Positions 40,230 to 50,335 of a stretch of 64,000 bases of DNA are shown in pieces. Below the pieces are notes generated by a model that had not been told where the DNA came from, did not search any database, and saw only the letters and a program-made list of their open reading frames with translations. A program made the translations under genes and the position numbers. Source of the stretch: Sedimentisphaerales bacterium (GTDB taxonomy: Bacteria; Planctomycetota; Phycisphaerae; Sedimentisphaerales; SM23-30); assembly GCA_963663965.2 (NCBI GenBank), contig CAXXFK010000028.1, forward strand, positions 480,001-544,000, given 5' to 3'. The first letter of the stretch is position 1, and every line of letters begins with the position of its first letter.

Positions 40230-41885
40230 ATGAAGTGGAGACAAACGGGTATTTCATTTTTTACCTTTCGTATGCTGCTGATAACGATGGCGGGTACATT
40301 GTCGATTTCCAGTTTAACCACTCTTGCAAACGTCAGCCCAGTTTTACCGAAGGTTTTCATTGATACTACATATTCAGCGCCTGCAGGCAATACCATCCCA
40401 GTAAATTCAGGCGGGAATTTTCAGGCTGCTTTAAACAAGGCACAGCCGGGCGATACGATTGTGCTGGAAGCGGGCGCTACCTATACGGGAAACTTTACAC
40501 TACCCAACAAAACTTCGGGCATTGGATGGATTTACATCATTTCATCTGAACTGGATAAACTTCCGGGGCCCGGCAGGCGTATCAATCCGAAAGACGCATC
40601 CAATATGCCAAAAATAATGTCCGGCAATGTCAATGCCGCCATTAAAGCAGATCCGGGCGCCCATCATTTTAGATTTGCAGGCATTGAGTTTACCACGACC
40701 CATGCGAGCCCAGAGGTAGTTACCTATTCGTTGATTGATCTGGGTTATGCAGGGCAGGCCGACATTTCAGAGTGCGCAAATCACATTACCCTGGATCGCT
40801 GCTACCTCCATGGAACACAATATGGATCCATGCAAAGGGCCCTCATCGCCAATTCCGCTACGACAGCTGTCATCGATTCATATTTTTCTGAAATCAAGGC
40901 CTTGTGCCTTGAGGCTCAGTGTATTTTGGCGTATAACGGACCGGGGCCATTTAAGATTCATAATAACTATCTGGAAGGCGCAGGGGAAAATGTTATGTTT
41001 GGCGGAGCGGCTTCCAATGCTGCGTCCATGCTGCCTTGTGATATCGAAGTGACGAATAATTATTTTTACAAACAGAAATGGTGGATGAATGAGGTTCCCC
41101 GGCTTGAGCATCTTGAGCCCTGGCAGAGGCGCTACTGCATCAAAAACTTATTGGAGCTGAAAGCGGCAAAACGGGTTATGATCTCGGGAAACATATTCCA
41201 AAACAACTGGGCGCAGTCACAGAATGGCTACGCAATCCTTTTTACGCCGCGTGGGCAAAACCCCGCCTGTGCCCAATGGATTGTCGTTGAGGATGTTACA
41301 CTGGAGAACAATATCATTAAAGAGGTGGATCATGGCATCAATCTTCTCGGAACGGATGACCGCTTTCCGATGGTTCACGCAAAAAGAATCGCCATGAGAA
41401 ATAATCTGTTCCTGAATTTGGGCAATCAACTCCAGGTTTTGAGTGGCGCAGAGGATATCACTTTCGATCACAACACGGCTTTCCAGTCGCAGAGGATGCT
41501 GGTTTCGGGTGGCGCGCCTTCCCGCGATTTTGTTTACACAAACAACATTTCAAACATAGGAAACTATGGCGTTATCGGGACCGGTAAAGGGCAGGGTACC
41601 GCAACGCTAAGTTATTATTTTCCCGGGTGTGATTTCAGCAAAAACGTACTTATCGGAGGCGTTTCATCAACGTATCCGGCCAATAATTATTTTCCAGCCA
41701 ACATAAGCCGCGCAGGTTTTGCAGACTATGCAAATGGAGATTATCGATTGGCGGCACAGAGCGCTTATTGCAAGGCCGGTACTGACGGAGCCGATATCGG
41801 AGTTGATATGGATGTTATCGACGCCGCTACCAACGGCGTTGACGGCGATAGGGGATTTTTGAAGATGAATGGATTGGAACCCTGA
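40230..41885 (+). CDS. Secreted right-handed beta-helix (pectin-lyase-fold) protein
   Basis: N-terminal hydrophobic signal, Q.AL..AQPGDTI.L..GA.Y.G, NNYLEGAGENVMFGG, KNLLELK.A, DG.DIG.D. Confidence 0.8.
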   Translation: MKWRQTGISFFTFRMLLITMAGTLSISSLTTLANVSPVLPKVFIDTTYSAPAGNTIPVNSGGNFQAALNKAQPGDTIVLEAGATYTGNFTLPNKTSGIGWIYIISSELDKLPGPGRRINPKDASNMPKIMSGNVNAAIKADPGAHHFRFAGIEFTTTHASPEVVTYSLIDLGYAGQADISECANHITLDRCYLHGTQYGSMQRALIANSATTAVIDSYFSEIKALCLEAQCILAYNGPGPFKIHNNYLEGAGENVMFGGAASNAASMLPCDIEVTNNYFYKQKWWMNEVPRLEHLEPWQRRYCIKNLLELKAAKRVMISGNIFQNNWAQSQNGYAILFTPRGQNPACAQWIVVEDVTLENNIIKEVDHGINLLGTDDRFPMVHAKRIAMRNNLFLNLGNQLQVLSGAEDITFDHNTAFQSQRMLVSGGAPSRDFVYTNNISNIGNYGVIGTGKGQGTATLSYYFPGCDFSKNVLIGGVSSTYPANNYFPANISRAGFADYANGDYRLAAQSAYCKAGTDGADIGVDMDVIDAATNGVDGDRGFLKMNGLEP

Positions 41886-42204
41886 CAGACATGCATTCAG
41901 TTTGTGCCGTATTATCACCGGTTGTCGACAAATAGCATTGGGTGATTATAAGGGGGCATAAGGTTACCATTGGTTTGCGGTAAAATAATGAAAATTATTT
42001 TGAGAACCCGGTTAACAGGAGAGAGGGTGGTAATTGCTTGAATAGGTTGAAGTTAGGGATGGTTCGAGTCGATAGAGATTACCAGTTGAATTTTAGGTGT
42101 ACCCAGGTATCTGCAGGGGTATAATGAGGGGGTGTGTAATATGAGACTGCCGTGGCTGAAGGTTCCCTGCGGCCGGGGCGGTTTAGTTGGTTATGGGAAC
42201 GACT

Positions 42205-44874
42205 ATGAGGAGTAAAGCCATGTGGGTCAGTGAGTTAAGATGGATGATGGCCATGGTGTTGATGGGTTTGATGGCAGGTGTCAGCCAGGGGGAAGGCCGG
42301 ATGGATGTTACTATCAATGAGGATTGGGTGTTTTACCGGGCGGATGTGGCCGGTGGAGAATTGGCCGGTCTGAACCAATCGGATTGGGAGGTGATCGATC
42401 TGCCGCATACGTGGAACGCGGTGGATGGTTCGGATGGCGGGAATAATTATTACCGGGGGATCGGGTGGTATCGAAAGTTTGTTACCTTGCCGCAGGAGTG
42501 GACCGGGCGGCGGATTTATATTTATCTGGAAGGGGCGGGCAAGGCGGCGGATGTGTATGTAAATGAGGTGTTGGTGGGACATCATGACGGGGCGTATGCT
42601 TCGTTTTGCTTTGATATCACGGAACAGGCGCATGCGGGAGCGGGGAATCTGATCGCGGTGAAGGTGAGTAACGCCAGTTCGCTGGATATCGCGCCGCTAT
42701 CAGGCGATTTTACGCAATGGGGCGGGTTGTGCCGGTCAGTGCGGCTGGTTGCTACCGATACCGTGCATGTGACGTTACTGGATTACGCATCGCCGGGGGT
42801 ATACCTGACACAGAGTAAGGTGAGTGAGGCTTCGGCTGATGTTGAAATCAAGAGTAAAATCCGGAACGCCGGTGGCAGTGAGCGGACAGTGTTGATACGG
42901 TCGCGGGTATTGGATCGTGAGCAGCAGGTGATCCAAACGGAAAAAGCCAGTCAGGTGGTTGCGGGCGGGGCGACGGTTAACTTTGTGCAGGATGTGACAC
43001 TGGCAAATCCGCGGTTGTGGAACGCGTGGATGGATCCGTATTTTTATACGGTGGTCGTAGAGGTGCTGCTGGATAATCAGGTGGTGGATCGTGTTGAGCA
43101 GCCGCTGGGTTTGCGTTATTACCATGTCGATCCTGACGGGGGGTTGTATCTGAACGGGTCGTATTTGGATTTGCATGGCGTGGCGATTCATGAGGACCGG
43201 GAAGGCAAGGGGCGAGCGATCAGCGATGCGGACCGCCAGCAGGATCTGGAGATCATGCGGGAGATGGGATGTACGTGGTTGCGGCTGGCGCATTATCAAC
43301 ACGCGGAAAAGATTTATGATCTAGCAGACGCGATGGGATTTGTGGTGTGGACGGAGATTCCGTTTGTAAACAGTATGAGTAGTACGACGTTTTTTCGTGA
43401 GAACTTGAAAGACCAGTTACGTGAGTTGATCCGGCAGAATTATAACCATCCTTCGGTGATGTTCTGGGGATTATTTAATGAGATCGCGACCGGGACGCAA
43501 TACGATACACTGGTGGGGGAATTGAACGCGCTGGCACATAGTGAGGACAGTACGCGTCCAACGACAGCGGCAACGAACCGGGGGACTTCGACAGTATTTA
43601 ACTGGATACCAGATCTGATTTCGTGGAATATGTACTGGGGCTGGTACAGCAATGAGGCGACGGAGATCGGGGGCTGGGCCGATTCGATCCACGCGGGCCG
43701 GCCGGGCGATGAGATCGGGATGAGCGAATATGGCGCGGGCGCGAGCATTCTGCATCATCAGGATGATCCACCGAAGCCGGCGAATACCGCGACGGGTTGG
43801 CATCCGGAAGAGTATCAGAATTATTTTCATGAGACTTACTGGCAGGCGTTACGGGTGAGGCCTTTTATCTGGAATAAGACGATCTGGAACGGATACGATT
43901 TTGGCGTGGACAGCCGCAATGAAGGGGACCGGCCGGGTATTAACGATAAGGGAATGGTGATCCGGGACCGTACGGTGCGGAAGGATGCGTTCTACTGGTA
44001 TCAGGCGAACTGGACGACGGTGCCGATGGTGTATATCAGCAGCCGGAGGTTTACGCCACGGCCGGCCAGTCCAGTGGCAGTGAAGGTATACTCGAATTGC
44101 GATGAGGTGGAACTGGTGGTAAATGGCAAGTCGAAGGGATTGCGTACAAGTTCGAACGGGCGGTTTGACTGGAGCGGGGTGGCGCTGCTGCCGGGGGCGA
44201 ATGAGATTATCGCGGTGGGGCGCAAGGGGGATATGATGGTGCAGGACAGCTGCGAATGGGAGCTGGATTATGATCCGATCGCTAAGGTGGAGGCGGTGAT
44301 GGCCAGCGATTATGAGAATATTCCGCCGGATCGGGTGAATCCGCCATCGTACGCGGTGGATAATAACCTGAGTACGCGGTGGGCGGTGGAAGACGCGGAT
44401 AATCAGCAGGATGAATGGATTACGCTGGACCTGGGGCGCAGCCGGGTGGTTGACCGGTTAAAAATGGCGTTTTACCGGGGCGCGGCGCGGGTGTACACTT
44501 TTAATGTGCTGGCATCGGATGATAACGCGACCTGGACGACCGTGCTGGCGGGGGTACAAAGCAGCGGGACGACTGAAGGTTATGAATATTTCGATATCCC
44601 CCGGACCTCGGCGCGGTATTTCCGGATTCATTCACTGGGTAACACTGTGAACAACTGGACGAGCTATTATGAAGTGGCGCTGTTATCGAAGCTGACCTGC
44701 GCGGAAGTCGTGCAGTATGGCTGGACGCTGGCAGGCGATGTGAGCGGGCCGGAGGGAGCGCCGGATTGTTATGTCGATCTTTACGATTTAAAGGTGATGG
44801 TGGATTACTGGCTGGACTGCAATGATCCGCAGGATGACAATTGTGCCATGAACTGGCCGGCCAATCGGAATTGA
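42205..44874 (+). CDS. GH2 beta-galactosidase/glucuronidase with F5/8 (CBM32-like) module and dockerin-like tail
   Basis: LPHTWN, YRGIGWYRK, RLAHYQH, YNHPSVMFWGLFNE, SEYGAG, INDKG; F5/8 A.D....TRW...LDLG; start uncertain (42187-42205). Confidence 0.92.
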   Translation: MRSKAMWVSELRWMMAMVLMGLMAGVSQGEGRMDVTINEDWVFYRADVAGGELAGLNQSDWEVIDLPHTWNAVDGSDGGNNYYRGIGWYRKFVTLPQEWTGRRIYIYLEGAGKAADVYVNEVLVGHHDGAYASFCFDITEQAHAGAGNLIAVKVSNASSLDIAPLSGDFTQWGGLCRSVRLVATDTVHVTLLDYASPGVYLTQSKVSEASADVEIKSKIRNAGGSERTVLIRSRVLDREQQVIQTEKASQVVAGGATVNFVQDVTLANPRLWNAWMDPYFYTVVVEVLLDNQVVDRVEQPLGLRYYHVDPDGGLYLNGSYLDLHGVAIHEDREGKGRAISDADRQQDLEIMREMGCTWLRLAHYQHAEKIYDLADAMGFVVWTEIPFVNSMSSTTFFRENLKDQLRELIRQNYNHPSVMFWGLFNEIATGTQYDTLVGELNALAHSEDSTRPTTAATNRGTSTVFNWIPDLISWNMYWGWYSNEATEIGGWADSIHAGRPGDEIGMSEYGAGASILHHQDDPPKPANTATGWHPEEYQNYFHETYWQALRVRPFIWNKTIWNGYDFGVDSRNEGDRPGINDKGMVIRDRTVRKDAFYWYQANWTTVPMVYISSRRFTPRPASPVAVKVYSNCDEVELVVNGKSKGLRTSSNGRFDWSGVALLPGANEIIAVGRKGDMMVQDSCEWELDYDPIAKVEAVMASDYENIPPDRVNPPSYAVDNNLSTRWAVEDADNQQDEWITLDLGRSRVVDRLKMAFYRGAARVYTFNVLASDDNATWTTVLAGVQSSGTTEGYEYFDIPRTSARYFRIHSLGNTVNNWTSYYEVALLSKLTCAEVVQYGWTLAGDVSGPEGAPDCYVDLYDLKVMVDYWLDCNDPQDDNCAMNWPANRN

Positions 44875-44891
44875 TGGCCAGCCAGTTCAGG

Positions 44892-44994
44892 TATACCCAA
44901 TGGGTATGAAAATTCCTGATCGCTCGCAAGATAAGTTCTTACTCGTGTAAAACTTATATTACGGCCCAGGGCCTTTTCAAATGTAAGCAGTATA
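44892..44994. repeat. About 103-bp dispersed repeat (MITE-like), copy 2
   Basis: Near-identical to 28593-28695. Confidence 0.85.
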
Positions 44995-45023
44995 AATTGT
45001 TATGCTATCGTTGCAGCGAATCG

Positions 45024-46796
45024 TTATGGCTGGTTGGGATAACGGGCCAGCAGGGCGTTCAGTTCGGTGCGATTAATGGGGAGCATGCTGCAATGTTTGG
45101 CGCCGTTGGGGGTGGAGACTTCGATTGGTTTGAAAGTTTTGAAATCGGTGGTTTCCCAGGCTTGCAGCGGGCTGTGGAAAGGATCGCCATAAATAATCCA
45201 TTTGTCAACCCCGACGATTTTGATAACTTCGGGTCCTTCGGTGGGCTTCTTTTCGTCTGAGAAGATAACTTTGCCATGGCCGTCGTTGGCGAATGAGTCT
45301 TTGGCGGGGTCGAGGCTTTTAACGACGGAAAGACGGTTGCCCATTTTGTCGTTGACATCGCCGGGTTTGTGGAAGCCGTAGTACATCCCGTTATGTTCAA
45401 CGATGGTGAGGTCGATATTGTGGATACCGATATCGTAGAAGACTTTCGAATGGGCCGGATCGATATTTTTCCAGTCTTTGGTAGTGAGGTAATAGAGGGT
45501 GTTGTGGCCGTTCTGGACAGAGGCCCAGTAAACGTAGAATAGGTCTTCGGCAGGCAGATAGAAGAATTCGGGCGCCCAGGCGCGGACTTTGTCGGGTGGG
45601 ACGACATCGATCGGACCGCCCTGCCAGTTGATCAGGTCGGTGGATTCCCAGTGGAAGATGGTGGGGAAGTCCCAGCCTTTGGTGTGGACGAGGTGGAACT
45701 TATCTTTGACGCGATTGACAAACGGATCACGGAGGCGGGCTTTGGGATCCATGACGGGTTGACCGTTATTGAGAGCGGTCCAGTGTCGGGCGTCTTCGCT
45801 GGTGGCGTAGAAGAGTTTTTCTTCGGGTCCGAAATAGGCCATCAGGTAGGCGAAGGCCGGTTCGAAGACATCGACGGGCAGGATATTGCCTTGGTCATCG
45901 AAGCGCATGGGCGAGATACAGGTTTCGCGGTTGTAACCGTTGCCATCGGGGATCTGGAATCGGTGGTAGGCGATGAACCATTCATCGCGGCCGGGGACCT
46001 GGACGACGGAATGGTGGCCGGCGGCTTTGACGATGCCTTTCTGTTTCAGGATGGGGTTGTTTTCGGCGGGAGTGAACGGACCGGCGGGTGTGGGGCCGGT
46101 GGCGTAATTGACGCAGTAGCGGGGATCGCGGGTGTCGAAGGAGGACCACATGAGGTAGTAGCGGCCGTTGCGTTTAAGAACAAAGGTACCTTCGTTATAG
46201 CCTTTGGGGGTGATGCGTTTGACTTGATCGGGCGGGTAGGAGATCATATCGTCGTTGAGTTTGACGACGTTGCAGTTGCCCTGGCCGAAGTAGAGCCAGG
46301 CGCTGCCATCATCATCGACAAAAACCATGGGATCGATGGTCTGGCAGCCGTAGGAGCCACGGGCGACCAGCGGCTTGCCGAGCGGATCTTTGAAAGGGCC
46401 GGTGGGTGTGTCGGCGACGGCGACACCAACTTGCTGTCTGGCAGAGAAATAGAAATAGTATTTGCCGTTTTTGGTGGCGATACAGGGCGCCCAGGCGTTG
46501 GCGTCGGCCCAGGTGAGGTCTTTTTTGAAATCAAGGATGACACCTTCGTTTTTCCAGTGGATCAGGTCGGTGGAGGACCAGCAGGAAAAACTGGAAGAAC
46601 CCCAGCCTTCGAAGCCATCGGTCGTGGGGTAAATGTAGTAAATGCCGTTGAATACGGCAATATGCGGATCGGCATGGGCGCCGGGCAAGGAGGGTGTGAT
46701 GTAAGATTCCTGGCCGAATCCGGGCAAGGTGAGCAGGCCGGTCAGGAGGAGGGCCAGGGATAGACAATGGGTGGTGTTTCGAGGTGTTCTTTTCAT
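45024..46796 (-). CDS. Tandem GH43-GH43 glycoside hydrolase (arabinofuranosidase/galactosidase-like)
   Basis: ADP...YIYPTTDG, WAP, IDP, EG, GHHS; second five-bladed propeller with LRDP, WAPE, IDL, EGP. Confidence 0.9.
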   Translation of the reverse strand: MKRTPRNTTHCLSLALLLTGLLTLPGFGQESYITPSLPGAHADPHIAVFNGIYYIYPTTDGFEGWGSSSFSCWSSTDLIHWKNEGVILDFKKDLTWADANAWAPCIATKNGKYYFYFSARQQVGVAVADTPTGPFKDPLGKPLVARGSYGCQTIDPMVFVDDDGSAWLYFGQGNCNVVKLNDDMISYPPDQVKRITPKGYNEGTFVLKRNGRYYLMWSSFDTRDPRYCVNYATGPTPAGPFTPAENNPILKQKGIVKAAGHHSVVQVPGRDEWFIAYHRFQIPDGNGYNRETCISPMRFDDQGNILPVDVFEPAFAYLMAYFGPEEKLFYATSEDARHWTALNNGQPVMDPKARLRDPFVNRVKDKFHLVHTKGWDFPTIFHWESTDLINWQGGPIDVVPPDKVRAWAPEFFYLPAEDLFYVYWASVQNGHNTLYYLTTKDWKNIDPAHSKVFYDIGIHNIDLTIVEHNGMYYGFHKPGDVNDKMGNRLSVVKSLDPAKDSFANDGHGKVIFSDEKKPTEGPEVIKIVGVDKWIIYGDPFHSPLQAWETTDFKTFKPIEVSTPNGAKHCSMLPINRTELNALLARYPNQP

Positions 46797-47098
46797 AAAT
46801 GCCTTCTTTCATGAAAAATGGTTAGATAATCCAAATGAGTAAAAGTATATCGTAAAGGAGGTTTACGATAAAGTCTGGATAATGGATTGATTTTAAGCGG
46901 CTGGATAAATATAAATAAAACGAGGTGAGTAGCGGGTGTAACTGATTGCTATAAAAATGGTTATATCGGTTATGGTAATCTGGGGCCGGGGTGAGAGAAA
47001 AATTATTTCGAGGATTGAGATTTTTTTCTTACAAAAAGCGCTGTTTTTTTCAATAAGAACTGGAATGACATTATTCAACCCGAACAGTCTGGAGTCTT

Positions 47099-47626
47099 AT
47101 GACGCTCAGCGGCAAACAAAACGCGGATTTTTTGCGATTGTATCATAGTGTGCAGGGGCGGATTTATTCGTTTATCCTGGCCGTGGTGCATAATCGCAAC
47201 GATGCCGATGAGATATTTCAGGAGACGGCGGTCATTTTGTGGGAGCAATTTGATCAGTTTCGTGAGGGGGGCAGTTTTGGCGCGTGGGCGATCGGGATTG
47301 CCAAAAATAAGGTGATGGAATATCTGCGGGCGAATAAAAAGCTGAAGATGGTATTCGATGATCAGTTTTATCACCGAATCAGCGAAATTGCCCAGGACCG
47401 ACCAGTCAGCGGAGACGGTAAGATCGATACCCTGAATCATTGTATCGGGAAGTTGAAAGAGAACGATCGAAAGCTGCTGACGATGCGATTTCGTAAAAAT
47501 ATCGCGATCAAACAGATTGCGGTGGCAACCGGGCGTTCGGCCAACAGTTTATATAAGACGATGACCCGAATTCTGGTTTTATTGAGAAAGTGCATGCGAC
47601 AAACCACCATTATGGATAGCAGGTGA
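47099..47626 (+). CDS. ECF sigma-70 factor (Planctomycete/Verrucomicrobia type)
   Basis: DADEIFQET...LW..F..F..G.SF.AW...IA; region 4 L..C...L...DR.LL..R. Confidence 0.92.
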   Translation: MTLSGKQNADFLRLYHSVQGRIYSFILAVVHNRNDADEIFQETAVILWEQFDQFREGGSFGAWAIGIAKNKVMEYLRANKKLKMVFDDQFYHRISEIAQDRPVSGDGKIDTLNHCIGKLKENDRKLLTMRFRKNIAIKQIAVATGRSANSLYKTMTRILVLLRKCMRQTTIMDSR

Positions 47627-47627
47627 T

Positions 47628-49404
47628 ATGGATACCCGGTCAGAATTTGAAATTTGCGATCTGTTACTGCGATTGTTCGAGAACGACATCAATGACGTCG
47701 AATTAGCGCGGTTGAAGACCTGGTTTGAGACCGATCCGGGGGCGGCGGAGTTTTATTTGAGTTTCGTGGAGGATTACAGCACGATCGTTCGTGAAGGCGG
47801 GCGGCATCTGGAGCGTTTGACTGAGTCGTTAACAAAAAGTGACAGTGGTATCCATGGGGAGATTGTCAATGCGCTGGCGGAGATCAATCAGTGCCTGGAA
47901 CGGGGGAGTTCATCAGGAGAAACTTCTTCGGAAGAACTGAACGGAATTGACAACGATACAATTTTGCGAGACGTCGTGGAGCAGGATCTGGCGGATTCGG
48001 CCATTCGGGAAGCGATGGGGGATGACCCGGTTCAAGCTGGGAGTTCGGTATCGATCCGCAAACGGAAACCCATTACGAATCGGGATCGAATCCGGGTGTT
48101 GGGACGGATCGCCGCAATGATCCTGGCCTGTCTGGCGGTGATCTGGCTGGATCGCTGGATCATGCGGGAGAGCGCCAGCCATCCGCGACCGGTGCTGGCA
48201 TATCTGGATGACCAGATGGAAGCGAAATGGGACAAGTCACTGTGGCTGCCCCGGGCTAATGGGGAAATGACCCAGGACCGGTATGGCTTGTCGGAAGGGA
48301 TCGCCCAACTGCGTTTTGAAAATGGTTCGGAGGTGACCATCGAAGCGCCGGCGGAATGGTCACTGGACGCGAAAGACAGTCTGTATGTTTATCGCGGCCG
48401 GGTGTTCGCGACGGTACCGCGGGCCGGGATCGGGTTTTCGATTAATACGGACAGCGGCAAGGTGGTGGACCTGGGGACGGAATTTGGCGTTTCAGTGGAC
48501 GAGCGTCGTGAGATGGAGTTGCATGTGTTGAAGGGCAAGACGATGCTGGTTTCGGGCGTGGGGGATCGGGACCGTCAGAAGGCTTATCTGGAACAGGGCC
48601 AGGCCGTGGTTGTTACCACTGTGGGATCTGTGCGCCCGATCGATTTGAGGCGGGACGATTTTATCCGTTCGATCGATTCGAAGACCCATATGGTCTGGCG
48701 GGGCCAAACGAGGGTCAATCTGGCCGATTTGATAACTGAGGAAGGAGATGGTTTTGGCAGGGCGAATCTGACCGCGACGATCACTTATGATGGGGGCGAA
48801 CCGGTGGGGGAATCGGATCCGATCAAGAGAAATTCGCCATTCCGGCTTTTAACCCGATTTGTCATGCGTTGATGGTGTGTTTGTACCTAACCGCGGAAAC
48901 GGACCGGTGGTCATCAGTTCGTCGGGCCTTGAGTTTGAGGATTGTCCGAAAACCACCGGCGATTACAATGATTGTATTCGGAATGGGCAGTTTGGCACGG
49001 GCGATGGCATGATCGCCGGCCGGGCCTACGGGACGGCAGAAACACCGGCGATATTAATACACAGCAACGGTGGGATTACCTTCGATCTGGAGGCGATCCG
49101 GACGCAATATCCCTGGATGAAAATCGAGCGGTTTACCACCGAGGTGGGCGTCCAGACCAAACCGGAAACGGATGAAGGCTGGCAGGCCGATTTTTTTGTG
49201 CTGGTGGATGGCCAGGTGCGGTTCGAGAAGCGCTCGGTGCGTTCGGATGAATTGCATTCGGTCGTTGTGGCCTTGGATGGCGATTCTCGATTTTTGAGTC
49301 TGGTTATTACAGAAGGCAAGCCAAACGGAGCCGAGAGAGCGCGGCCAATTCATGGTGACTGGGGAGTGTTCGCTTTTCCGAGCTTACATTTTCAAAGACC
49401 TTAG
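47628..49404 (+). CDS. FecR-like anti-sigma factor with C-terminal NPCBM domain (apparent +1 frameshift near 48853)
   Basis: TM helix, L.EG...L.F.NG..V.IE.PA, VVDLGTEFGV, ELHV..G; second ORF VDGVFVP...HSN.GITFDL...F.VLVDG...DW.VF. Deleting one C of CCC 48853-48855 fuses them. Confidence 0.85.
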
Positions 49405-49438
49405 TGAGATTATGATTGATTTGTCAAAAGGTACCGTT

Positions 49439-50224
49439 ATGAAGTTCAATGCTATTCAAAAACATGGTTTTACCTTGATTGAGTTGCTGGTGGTGATTTC
49501 GATTATTGCCTTGCTGGTCAGTATCCTGATGCCGGGTCTGGGACGGGCGCGTGAGAATGCCAAACGTACGCTGTGCGCCAGTAATCTGCGCAGTGTGGGG
49601 ATGTTGTTGAATATGTACGGCCATGATGAAAATGATACCTTGCCGGTTGCGTATTATAATGAAAGCCGCACCGGGGGGGCGGGGACCTATATGATATTCA
49701 AGGTGGATCCGGCGCTGCCCAGAAATGAACGGGTACAGGCCGCTTATAATCTGGCGCCATTGTGGCAGAAAGGGCTGGCGGAGAAATACGAGATTTTTTA
49801 TTGTCCCAGTCACCGGAACTCTCCGTTTGGTGTCGATGCTTATGAGGGGCCGGAGGGCTGGCCCACGGTTAATCCGGGCGTGCCGGGTGCGGTGAATCCA
49901 TCGAATCCGGGCATGATCCGGATCAGCTATTCGTATTTGCCGCAATCGAAGCGGACAAAGATGACAGTGGGATCGCAGGTCTTCGCGGGGATCGCCAAGA
50001 AGTTGTCGGAGACGCGAGCCGATCTGTCGATGAGTCTGGATGTGTTGCAGGCGCGGAAGTGGATGTCGCATTTGCAGGGGAAATACGCCGGTGCGAATCT
50101 GTTGTTTGGCGATATCAGTGTGCAATTCCGGCAAAACGACAAGGTTTTAAATGAAGATGATTATGGGAGTGATCCCATGAATGATCCGCTCTTATGGCGT
50201 ACGATTATTAAAGGTTTGGAATAG
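49439..50224 (+). CDS. Prepilin-type N-terminal cleavage protein (DUF1559-like)
   Basis: GFTLIELLVVISIIALLVSILMPGL.RARE, C.SNLR, FYCPS, H......ANLLFGD.SV. Confidence 0.9.
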   Translation: MKFNAIQKHGFTLIELLVVISIIALLVSILMPGLGRARENAKRTLCASNLRSVGMLLNMYGHDENDTLPVAYYNESRTGGAGTYMIFKVDPALPRNERVQAAYNLAPLWQKGLAEKYEIFYCPSHRNSPFGVDAYEGPEGWPTVNPGVPGAVNPSNPGMIRISYSYLPQSKRTKMTVGSQVFAGIAKKLSETRADLSMSLDVLQARKWMSHLQGKYAGANLLFGDISVQFRQNDKVLNEDDYGSDPMNDPLLWRTIIKGLE

Positions 50225-50335
50225 CGTAAATCTCATGAGGGTCATCGCCCCCTTTAATCCCAATGATAGTATATTGTCGTTTTTCACAAAATGTTTACGT
50301 GGTATTAATGTATTACAAAGAAATGGAGTAGAATT

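Noticed and set aside
42030..42100. tRNA (GGTTCGAGTC T-loop-like)
   Set aside because: No T-stem complement, acceptor stem or anticodon arm.
45651..46763. 370-aa antisense ORF
   Set aside because: Shadow of GH43 arising from C-ending codon bias.
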